From Lama guanicoe (lineage: Eukaryota): DNA of 64,000 nt. The notes beneath the pieces were generated by a model. That model saw only the letters and a program-made list of their open reading frames with translations, had not been told where the DNA came from and searched no databases. Position 1 is the stretch's first letter; each line of letters starts with the position of its first letter. Location: the NCBI GenBank assembly GCA_013239625.1, contig MU053379.1:2400866-2464865 (forward strand). Direction: 5' to 3'. Shown here one piece after another: positions 25,301 through 37,300 of this stretch. The position numbers and the translations under genes are program-made.

Positions 25301-28300
25301 GCCTTCATCAGTGGCAGCTGCGGGATGACAGGGCATCTGGGTGACCAGGCAGGTCTGCTGGCCAGAGGCCTCGGGCCTGACTTCTTGAGATCCGACGCTG
25401 GGGATGAGCCTGGCTGTAGGGTCCGCGTTGCCCCCCCCCAGCCGTCTTCCTTTCACGGTGAGCCTGGGAACCCTGCCAGCGCCCAGCCGTCCACCTGGGG
25501 ACCCAGTCCATAGTGTTGTCTCTTCTGGCTGCCGTGTGACCCCCCTGTCCTTGGGTTTTCTCAGTGGCTTTCCACACAGATCACAGTCCATTCTGGTCTC
25601 TTCAGCTCCTGCCCTCCCCCAGACCAGTCTCATCTCAATGAAGCCCACTCCATGATGCAATCGAAGTGTCTCAAAAATGTCATTCAGAGATTGGCAAGTA
25701 TATCCTGTGCGATCCAGTGTGGTAGCCCCTTGCCTTCTGTGGCTATGTAAATTACATTCATGAAGTAAAACAATAAAAAATTTGGCTCCTCAGTTGCACC
25801 AGCCACATTTCGAGCGCTCACTAGCCACAGGGTGCTAGTGGCTACCATACTGGGTGGTGCAGGATATGGAGCATTTCCACCACATAAAATTCTACTGGAC
25901 AGTGCTTGTTTGTAATGTCTACTCCTAAAAAAGGGACGAATACAACAAATCACAGATAAAACAAGACTTGAAACAACCCATGAGGATGGAAACTAAGAAA
26001 TAGGTGGAGAGGCGAGGAGAAAACTCCTTCAGTCACAACTGGGCACAAAGTAACCTTTGAGTTTCCCACCACCCAGAGCTTGCCAGCGATCACTTTTTGA
26101 CTTCTGAGTGAGTCTTTGTTTCTCACCTGACAGAAACAGACAGGACTGAGACCTCTGTCGGAACACGCTCAGGGAGACAGGCACAGTGTTTGATCATCTT
26201 TGAGGAGAGATCCTTGGCCTGCACGCCAGGTTGTTGCCTCTGGTTTTGGTCTGTATGATCAGGACCCCCTTTTGGGAGGCCCCACCTTTTCCAGGGTGAG
26301 CTGTCTGCTCCTGTATTTCTGCAGAAAAGTCTGAGGGGAGGTTGCCGTGTTGCTAGGCAACACCCCCTCCCCATCCCCCTCTGCCCCTGGAGTCGGGCAC
26401 GTCCATTCCCGCCAAGAGCTGATGGGGAGCAAGTCAGGCAGGAGGTTCTCCACCTGCCTGATCCCTGGGCAGGACCGGCCTGACGAGCTGGGACAGGCTG
26501 AGGGTGGGGTGAGGGCAGGAGAGGCCCCGGTTCATCAGGGGAAGCCGGGATGCTGAGGAGGAGGCAGGGCAGCTGTGTGAAGGAGAGAGACTTGAAAGAC
26601 CAGCCCTGGTGGCCTTGGTCCTTGGGGAGCCACCAACCCTGATTAATCTACAGCCCAAGACAGGGGTCAGCAAACTGTGTCTGTAAAGAGTCAGAGTGTC
26701 AGTTTTTTTGGCTTTGGGGCCCAGACCGTCTCTGTCATAACCACTCAACTCTGCTGTCGCAGGGCAGACGCAGCCAGGGACAACGTGTAAACGAGGAAGC
26801 AAAGCTGGGTGTCAGTGGAGCTTTGTTCGCGAAAGCAGACAGCAGGGTGGGTTTGGTCTGTAGGCCCTGCTCCGCGACTGCTGAGCTAAGGCTCCGACAT
26901 TCAGGAGGGGAGGTCCTGAGGCTGGACTCTCCCTGGACTGAGACCCCCCAGGACTCAAGGAGATCCTGCTTGCATAAGGGGGCCATACTTCTTTCCACCA
27001 ACTGACAGCTGCCTCCCAGCAGTGCCCTGGGGCTTTTACTCATCAGGACAGCATTGAGGAGACACCTGCTTCAGCCTTAGGGTGACCCAGAGCCACTGAG
27101 CTGGCAAATTCTATGGTTTCCTCCCCATGGATGCTGGGGGAAAAAAGAGAGCTTCCTGTCTCCTTACTGGACACCCAGTTTCTGTTACCCCTGGTCCCCA
27201 GGAAAGTATCTTAGGAGCTATTGACTGGACATATAGAAAGAAGTGAAGATGAGGTGCGAAAAAAACTAAAAGGCTATAGAAAAGTAGAAGAGTGGAGACA
27301 GGTGTCCAAATGCAGAGGCAAGAGAAGTAGTTAGAGAAACAGGACAGGATGGGATCCTTAGGGAAGGATCATGTACCACGAAAGGAACCCAGGACACAGC
27401 CAGGCTGCCACACTGCGAATGAACTCCAGGGAGTTCCATTCAATTTGTAGTCTAGGCAGATGTCACCCCCTGGAGTTGTGCAGTGTACAACCTGCACAGC
27501 AGTATGCAGCATGCTCACCTCTGCAGTGTCAGAGGCTAAGCTGGTCTCCTGAGATCAGCACCAGGAGTTGAGCTGCTTTAAACCTGCTTTTAAAGACATT
27601 ATTTTGAACTAGAGGGAGTTGTCAGAAAGTGAGGCGAGTCAGGAGTGGTGGACCACCAGCCTCACTGTTGGCTGTGGTGAGCCCCAGAGCACAGCTCCCC
27701 ACCACCCAGGTGAAGCTGCCACTTTCCAGCTCCGGTGGACTCTGCCATGCCTGGTCTTGCCTTATCATCTCGTTTTCTAGAAGCAGCTAGACCTTCAGAT
27801 TTTAATGTATAACACAAAAGAACTGCTTTTTCACTGTTAGTAACAAATTCAGATGTCTGTCTTACATACACTGTGAGCCAAATTAGCTAATACACTTCCA
27901 ATTCACCGCCGATGGCTTAACCATGGTCCCTGGGTCTAGAATTCAGCTTCATCCACCAGGATGCCCATCAGACCCAGGCTAGCAAATACATGACATGAGC
28001 TGTAGAACCACCACCGAACTGCACATGCTCCTGCGGACTGAGGCGCTCCGTAGCGTTGTGGGAAGGTTCTGTCAAAGGGCAGGTAGGGCTCTGCTGAGGT
28101 CGGTTATCAAAGAGACCATGGCCTGCTTGCCCATCGCCCGTCTCCATGCCCCTCATGGGCGCTGGGTGTGCAGGAAGTCAGATTCCCAGATCCCAGCCTT
28201 CTAGATCATTCCTCAGCTGGAATTTCGTTTTCTTCCACTAGATCTTCCTGGTTCGTAAATCCACGAAAATGCAGAAGAAAGTCCTCTCCCTTCGCCTGCC

Positions 28301-31300
28301 CTGTGAATTTGGAGCCCCGCTCAAGGAGTTCACCATAAGGGAAAGCACATACAGTAAGTGGTCATTAGGGGGTCAGATTCTGGCAACATGAAGGCCTTGG
28401 GGCTTCGAGCAAGTGGAAGGGGACCCGAGAGCCTATACTTTGAGGTGGACAGACATGGGTCTGAGTCCCAGCGGTGTTACTTGTTCACTGGACGACTGGG
28501 CAGGTAACCTACCCTAGGAGCCTCGGTTTTCTGATCTGTATGATGGGGTGATAGTGACCTCAGAGAGCTGTTAACAGTTCAGTTAAACAACCGTGTGCAC
28601 AGTTTGCAGTCTACTGCCTGGCACATGGCAGGGGCCTAAAAGAGGCTGGCTTCCTTGCCCCCTTCTCAGTTAGGCAGGGCATGGTCCCCAGGTTTGCTGG
28701 TGGCTCAGCTGCAGGGTAGACTACACAACTGAGCCTTTTGATGGGACCTCCCTCTAAAGCCGACATGTCCCCTCTAGGCCGTCCCTGTTCAGTGTCCTGC
28801 GAAAGGCAGCCAATCATAGGCAGAAGCTAGCCCATTGGAAAAACTGGCTGAAGTTTGGGAGGGGAAGCTAGTGCTCAGGAGTGCTGGTTTTCTTTCTGCT
28901 GATCCATGGTCACTGGAAATGTGAAGTCTTCAGAGGCCAAGTTTTAAATGAAAAAGGGAACACACAGTCCTGATGTACTGCCAGCCTCCCGGCAACGATC
29001 AGAAGATGGATTTAGACTCCCAAGGGGAAGGTTTCATTGAAGCCACAGGCTAGCATGCTGAGGTGTGAAGGCGAGTTTGGATGCTGGTCGATTGTCTCCG
29101 TAGGACGGTGGACCCCAGATTCTCACTTGCTTCTTGGCTTCATCCTGAGCAGACTTGAGTCCTTGCCACTGAGGGAGCTGAAGGCACTGAGGTCAATCTC
29201 AGCGCAGGTATGGGCTTCTGCTCAGCCCGGAGTCTGTGGTCATGCCGAGCCAAGTGGCCCCTAATGGGGCCTGGAGGAGACATTCTGGCCGCTGTGACTA
29301 GCCTCAGGTCAGCTGCAGACCCAGGTCTCCTGATGTTTTTCCTCCAGGCTTCTCACAGGGTCACTGGCATCCGGGAAAAACTCCCTCAGGCAAAGACGTC
29401 TGCGCAGCCAGAGAGCCTGCTAATGGCTCGCCAGTTTGTTTACATTAGGAGGGAATCAGAAGGCAGATTTCAAACCCACCCTCTTTAAGACAGTGAATTA
29501 AATATTAAGTGGGAAAAGGCGATTCTGAGTTGGCCTTGGAAGTGTGCTAGCCAAGAAGTGTGATGTATCGAAGTGGTTTTTAAATCTTGTCTAACATCCG
29601 AAGTCAACTCAGCCTGGAAGCCCCTCCCCTCCCCTCCCATAATAAGTACAGCTACTGTGTGTGCTTCACGTTTTCTCGGTGTTCACCTGAGGTCTCTCCT
29701 GGCTGAACATTTTTCCTCCCTATTTTGTCGAGACCTCTAATCACGTCCCAGGTCCTCTCCAGGTGACTTAAATTGGCTGAAAGAGCTCGTGTGAGCAAAG
29801 CATGAAGCTGGCTGTAACTAGCTACCTCAGGCCTCATGATGATCCCCTGCTGGCCAGGGTCTGCCTCCCCTGTGAATTGAAGTGGACTGAGACGAGGAAA
29901 ACCTGGCTTTAAAAAAAATGGATATTTCATCATAACATCTGGACGATGTGTTTCATAATAAAAGCCACCTCCTATTTGTATAGACTGCTTTCACATAAGT
30001 TACTCCATCAAAAAAAAAAAAATTTCAGTTCCCACTACTGCCGTTCTGGGAGACAAGGGAAGTACAGTTTTTGTCCATTTTACGGATGAGAAAATCGAGG
30101 CTCAGAGAAGTTAACCTACCCCTACCTTTAACTCACTAAATTGTGGTGCGCATGACTGTGTGTTTCTGCCTGTCGGTCATGTGTGTCATGTGTGTCCGGG
30201 GGTGCTCCAAAAATAGTAAGCAAAATAATACAACATGAGTGAAATAACTAAGGCTGCAGAAAGGAGAGAAAGTCATCTGACTGAGGGGACAAGGCAGTCT
30301 TCACACAGCTGGGGCTGCTTGGAATGGCTTTGGAAGAACAACCGCACGGATGGCATTTCAGCCAAGAAGGCGTGAGGAGTGGGTGACAAATACGTGGAGA
30401 CTTGAAGTCGAGCCACTCACTGCTCCACCGTCTGGAAGATGCACCAACGGCACGCCTTCCTGCCGGAACATCTTTTCTTTGTTGGAAGGTTGCACACTTG
30501 GCGGGGAGGGGGGTCTAAGTAAGTGAAATGAATTTTTTTTTCACTTTTTTTAACGGAGGAACTGGGTGTTGAGTCCAGGACCTCGTGCATGCTAAGTACT
30601 GAGCTGTTCTGGCAAACTAGCTCTACCACTGAGCTATTCCCCACCCTCACACGAAAATTCATGTAAATTCAATTTACATCTTTCAGACTGAGTTTAACCC
30701 AAAGCTGTCTTATGGGAACCTTGTGTTATCCTCTCAGCTTTGCGTTCCTTCTGCCTCTTGTCTTTACTGGAGGTGGCCTGCTTGGGCAGAGAGAACTGTG
30801 CCCCAGGAGGGTCGAGGGCCGCCGGGGACTCAGTGTCCCCCAAGCCCTGCCATGTGCTAATGGTCTCTCACTCCAGCCAGTCTGGCCCCTTCGCCCTGCC
30901 CAGCTTTGCATCTTGAACTTTAAAAAGAGACCGTTGTGCAATGTGCGTCTGTGCTGGTCTATTTACCAAGCTCTGGTGCATGTGCTCCGATGAGTCAGGG
31001 ACCCTTCGCCGGCCTGTCTCTGGCCAGCGTGCATCCTCTGCACAGCTGGTCCTGATCAGCTGCGGGCGCGGGTTGGAGGGCGCCGAGACAGCCCTGCAGC
31101 AGGCAGCGTCGCACGGTCTTTCCTTGCTCAGGGACACTCAGCTGGTTTCCGGCATCTCTCTTTTCCAGCCTTTTCCCTGGAAGGCTCGGGAATCAGTTTT
31201 GCAGATTTATTCCGGCTCATTGCTTTCTACTGCATCAGCAGGTAAGGCCGCTTCATCTCGTGACTGTAAGCACCTGTCTGGTGTGTGTGATATGAGGGGC

Positions 31301-34300
31301 CCTGAGTTTTCTTGATCTGAGCCGGGCAGAGGGCACCGGGAGGCTGGCCGCCTGTGGGATGTCCCTGGAAGGATTGGCCCCTGAAGTGAAAAGGTCACCA
31401 GGTCCCCTGCGCCAGGGTTAAGACCAAAATACCCACTCCCCGCCCCTCCAGATGTAAATCACACACACACGCGTACACGCAGAAAGGGGCCGACCATGCA
31501 GACCTGTAACGTTTAAAGGTCCCTGATCGTGTTTCTAAAAACTCCCCAGTGGGTGCAGTTCATTCTAGACAAGAGGGTTCCTTGAGCCAGCCCAGAAATC
31601 TCGCATCAGACTCCCTGAGGCCCGCGGGGTGCCCCCGTCCTTTCTGTAACTAAAGCACTGTTTTCGTCTACGGGAAATAAAGCCCCCAGCCCTCGAGTTA
31701 ACTAGTGTCGGGAAGGTTAGCAAGTGGGGGCGGCTTTCTTCTTTCTTTCTTTCTTTTCTTGTTCACCATGACAGTTTTTGAAATCAGGGATTCTTTCCAT
31801 GAATGAGGATTGAAACTCACGTCTGCAGAGTCCGACACGGCCTGTTCTTGGGTAGCCGGGCTCGGTGGGCCCCCTTTGCCTTTTGGCGTCGGTTGCAGCC
31901 GACAGAGCAGAGATGGGCGTGTGCTGCTCGGGCTGTTTGCAGAGACCCCTCTCACCCCCATGGCATGCTCAGGCTGAGGAGCTTATTTGGGATCAGTGTG
32001 TTTCATTTTAATTTAAGGGTTGGGTTCTTTCTCAGACTGAGTTGGGTGTTGGTTGCACCCTTGAGGGAGGGGGTGCTGAGCTGTTCACTCCTGGAGGTTA
32101 CCAGGCTAGGCCAGCTGAAGCCACACGGGTCAGTGGCCTGAGCGGGGGAGGCACTTCAGAGGGGGCACCCCCCAGGAAGAAAGGGGCTGCACCTCAAATG
32201 GAACAGGAGACACACGTGGCTACCAGGGTGTGGGCGGAAGCCTGTGTGAGGAAATCTGTCCAAAGAGGGGAGTCCAGTGCAGAAGTCCCCGGCCATCCCC
32301 AGGGATGGACACCTGGTCTGGCGTGAGCGACTTTCAACACTAGCATGCCAACTGAAGGTGAGTTGGCCAAGGTTCACACTTCACAGTTTGCTTCTCGGTG
32401 GGTGTGCCGTGGTGAAAGCTCGTCACACCCGTAGAGCAGGATTTGACAGCAGCGCATGAAAGGCACCATCTCCATCTCTCCCCGCCGTCCGTGGTGACCA
32501 TAACCTGGGAGACGGCTGCCCAGGGCTGCCTGATGACAGGGGAAGCCTGGGTAACCGACAGAGCACGAAGCAGGTGCTTACGGGAGCATCCCGATGCTTT
32601 TCCTTTTTTTTTTCCCCAGCTGCAAAAGTTCTTGATGTTTTTGTTTCCCCTTTCACACAGTGTTCCTCATTTATCTGACCAGTCACTGATTTGACCTAGT
32701 CTCACCAATGTATGTTTGAAATGTTCTAGTTGGTCACTTATCTGTGAAGATACTCAAGCAGCAGAAGGGATCAGCTTGCAGCCCTGGCGCTCACACGGTG
32801 GGTGTGTGCGCACTGGCTCCAGACTAGAGAATTCATGGGTTCATTAAGCATATGATCTGCCACGTTGAAAGTGTGACTGAGAAGGGAGACGCAGACCTCG
32901 GCCCCCGGGGCCCGGCGGGCGTCTGCGGGCCCGGCACGGGCAGCGTCCCGCCGCGCGCTGCCTGGAACCCACCTGGAACGCGGGTTCGGATTCAGGAGGT
33001 CCAGCCAGGCAGCACCTGAGACTGCATTTTCAACAGGCTCCCAGGTGGTGAGGCGGAACCTGCTGGTTCTAAAACCACCCTTGGAACAGAAAAGGGCGAG
33101 ATTACTAATTACAATTACTAATTATTAAGTATAATTATAAATTCACGGGCTTCCTGTGTCTGTGCACCGCACATACATTATTTCTGATCTTCACAGCAGC
33201 CCTGAAGTGAGGATCGGGAAGACACTGTGGTTTGGAGAGACAGAGATTTGCCAAAGTCATTCAACTAATAAACACCAGATACTGGATTTGAACCCAGGCC
33301 TGCTTTGAAGTCCAAGCCCATTTTATCCCCTATATCCAGCACAGCTCTGCAGACCATGGGGTCCCACACACCTGGGTCCCCGTCCCCGCTTCATCTTGTA
33401 CTAGCTGTGAGTGGGTGCGGGACCTCCCCACCTCTGTCCTCCTCTACTCTTCATCTGTGAAATGGGGACATCGAAGCCTCCTCGTAGGGGCACGTGCCGA
33501 CCCCTGGGAGGTAAAGTGCAGTGCAACAGTAGAGGCTTAATGATAAGCCTCTGGAAATACGACAGAGAGAGCGGAGTTGAAAAAATAAATCCAGATTACG
33601 CACGTACTGCAGCTCTTGAGTGAAAGGTTTATACCAAAGATGGCTTTCTTTTGTCTGTTATGCAAGTCTGAGAGTTGAAGCCCCTTTGCTTAACAGGGTG
33701 TAGGTGAGAGGAGGTGCCTCCTTTTGTGTGTGTGTGTGGGGGGAGGCACCACGCTGAACCATGGAGAGGACTCACGCGCAACCTCTAATTTTCAAGTAGA
33801 TCAAAGGCTAAAACCACCCATTAGGAATGACAGGTGTGGCTGCCTGTTGCCTGTATCATTAAGGAAAACCAGAACCGATCATGTGATGTTGGGGCGCCAG
33901 GTCCTACACTGGGCAGGGTAAGACCTTCAGGCCAACCGAGGTTGGTTTTGTTATATGTGGCTTTTCCCCAAAATTATCTAAAGTAAGGAGGTTTTAACTA
34001 AGTTGGTGCAGCCAGAGACACATATGTTTGCGTGATGCTTTGGCGTTACCGAATTCTGGTTCCCATTCGTCTTCCCTTAGGATGGTAGTGTGGGCCGTTG
34101 CCTCTCCCGGGTCAGGCAGCCGTCCCCCGAGGCCCCGCCTGCTTCTTCCGGGGACAGATGCCAGTGGACAGGTAGAAGGGGGCACTCACCGCGAGTGCCA
34201 CCCCAGGAAAGAGGAGTCTCCCGCTGCCAACCCCAAGCGTCTGTGTGAGCCCTCGTGACCCTGTTCCCCTTTACTTGTGTTTTGCTCTTTTCATCAACCG

Positions 34301-37300
34301 GGCTAATTTGTTTTTCATTGTCAACAGCTTCAAGGCTTCCAAAATTCTCCAGTCATCCAGATTTAATCTGACTCAGCTCTAGAATGTTGCCTAATCTTCC
34401 TGTAAACAACTGCTTGTTTGATGTAGTTATTTTCTTCAATGGAAATGTTCGGGGCATCTTGTGTCGACAAAACACAGGCAGGAGCTCCCAGCTTTGTCCC
34501 TCACTTATCTCCACCCCAGCCAAGGAGGGGCTTCCTTGCTGTTCTTCATACACGCCAGAACCTCTCCCGCCCCAGGGCCTTTGCACCTGCCACTCCCTTT
34601 CCCTGACTCTCTGGCTGCCTTTAGATCTTCAGCCAAATGCTACCTGCTCATGGGGCCTTCCCTGGCCAGCTCTCACTCTTGAACCCTCTTCATTTGTCCC
34701 CTTTTGCTCTTTACTTTTACCCAAAGCACACATCCCTTGTCATCTGTTCTGTGAATCGCGCACTTGTTCGTTGTCTGCTGGCATCTTACTGGAATGAAGC
34801 CCCATGCAGGTGGGGACTTCTGTCTGTTTTGTTCCCAGTATCTGGAATAGCGTCTGGCTCATCGTAGGTGACCATAGACATTTGTCAAATGAATGAATGA
34901 ATTCTTTCTTGTTAAGACCCATGCCACCACTGAAAAAATAAGTCTTTTTCTGATAAGTCACCGTGGTCACTGAATGTTCATTCATTCATTTATTTGAAAC
35001 ACACTCTCCCTGTCTGTATCAGGCAAGGCCCTGGGCTGAGCCCCGGGCGGAATTCTCCAGTGCAGAGAGCATGATCTTAACCCTCCTGTGTGAAGGCGAG
35101 CAAAGGTTAAGCCTGCCTTTGCCCTTTTGGAGGAAGCGGGAGGTCATGGTCCATACGTCTGCGGGCGGTGATGCTGCGCCCTGGCCACGGCAGGACCCTG
35201 GGGCCAGCCCCGCTCCTTGCTCTTGGGCCAGCTGCTCTGCGATGCCACAGTGGGTGTGTTTCCCGTTCTACACATGGCGCCCTGCTGCTCAGGGGCAGGG
35301 CCGTCGCATGAAGTCCCTTAGATCTGCCTGCCTTCTCGCAGCGCGGTCCAGGGGCAGGGGCAGGGGCAGGGGCAGCAGCATCACCTGGGGGCTTGGCAAG
35401 AACGCCCACTCTCCGGCCTCCCCCAGGCCTCCCGAGTCGGGGTGCGGTACAGCAAGGCCTCCGGGAGTCCTGTGCACATCACAGTTAGAGAAGCGCTGCC
35501 TTAAACTCAGGGGGATGTCTTGTCTCCGGCACACACAGGACAGGACACGGGCCCGAGCCGGCAGACGGCTCACTGAGGACCTGCCGTGTGTGAGGCAGTG
35601 GCCTAGGAAATCTTGGGTGAGGATTACACATCCCTGCCTGGGGAGTCGGGGCCCAGTATTGAGAACGTCAAGCACGTGAGTCCCTGATGTTTTAGACGTA
35701 TGCTGGGCCCACCAGTGTAGTCAGCAACTCCAATATTAACTCTAGGTTCGGTTTAGCTGCCTGGAAGGCGATTTGGTCCTCGCTGCAGATACTGAAGCCA
35801 CGGCGGCTGTCCCTCAGCCTGTCCCACGTGGCCAATGCAGGCAGGAGTGGTGACCCACAGTCCTATCACCAGTAGTGACAAGTTCCAGTTAGTTATGATG
35901 TGGTGTCTGCATGGGAGATTTTAAATAGTTGTAGCCAAAACACCTCTAGGATGGAAATGAAAACAAGCTGTGTAATTTACGTGTGTTCTCTTTTTTGAAA
36001 AATCAGGGACGTTCTCCCGTTCACGTTGAAGTTGCCTTACGCCATCGCAACAGCCAAGACGGAGGCCCAGCTCGAAGAGTTAGCCCAGCTGGGACTAAGT
36101 AAGTGATGCCCCTGCCCTGGCTCTCTTGAAATGAAAGCGTGGAGCGGAGCCGGTGTCAGGCTGGTGGGCGATACAGTGTGACGTCCAAAAGTCATCCTTG
36201 GCGGGGAAGGTACAGCTCAGTGGTACAGAGCGTGTGCTCAGCACGACAAGGTCCTGGGTTTAGTCCCCAATATCTCCATTAAAATAAGTGAGTGCGTAAA
36301 TAAATAAATAAATAAATAAATCTAATTACTTCCCTCCACCCCACCCCCACAAATAATCCTCCTCTCCTTGGCAAAACTCCATGAGGTCCCTGACTCACAC
36401 CTGCTGAGTCTTTTTCTGAGTCAGACGTTGAACCAGCAGCCAGAGGCAGGTGCTGAGTTTACCTGAGGAGCCCCTGAACTGCCCCCAGCATCTCCCGTTG
36501 GTGAGTTTGAGCTCCCCAAACGCCCAGGTCCTAATGGAAGGTGAACTTCTGCCATGGGTGGGGCCTTCCTGTGGCATCTTGCAGGGGGAGCGCAGTGCCT
36601 GATGCGGGGGAAGCAGCTTGGCGCCTCACGTGCACGGGTTTTATTTTAGACGAAGGCAGGGCATTGGCGGCACGTCTGTGCTTTGAGGAATTTGTCAGCA
36701 GGCGTCCAGAGTAACATCTGTCTGACTTCCCCTTGTGTTCAGTTCCGGCCCTGGTGTGCTGGGCTGGGGGTTCTGAGTGTCCTCGCAGTGGCCAGCCAGG
36801 CCCTCACCACCCCTCCCTCCACCGCCCTCAAACACAGCACCCTGTGCCAGCCGGGCAGTGGGGGGCAGGGGCTCAGGATGTGCGATTCCCCCCGGTTTCA
36901 CTTCCTGGTCCTGTTGCCTGGGAAACCTGTGGGTTTGACTTTCGTAGAAACGTTTTCCTCCTCCATGGGAAGGGGGGATTCTCTGAAGATTTCAGGGCTT
37001 CAGTCTTCAGACAGACCAGCTGCCAGAGCAAGTATGTGGGTGGAAGTCTAGGATTCTGAAGGGCAGGCACCAGGATTCCGAGGACCCAAGAAGCTGTGCC
37101 ACTTGCCGCAGCAAATAAAAAGTACATGTGTTCTCCTCTGGCAAGTTTTCCTCTCAGTCTGAAGAACTTGTTTTGCAGAGGGTGCCCTCGCCCAGGGAGC
37201 GTGAGGTTCACAGGGAAGCCGGGAGGGACACTGACAGTCCCCGTGAGACTTGGATTGCCTCAGAGGAACTGCCACGTGGGCCCGAGGCCCGTCGGCTGGG

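Noticed and set aside
34963..35679. 238-aa ORF, and many other 60-230 aa intronic ORFs
   Set aside because: Expected by chance in GC-rich intron; non-ATG starts, low complexity, no recognisable homology.
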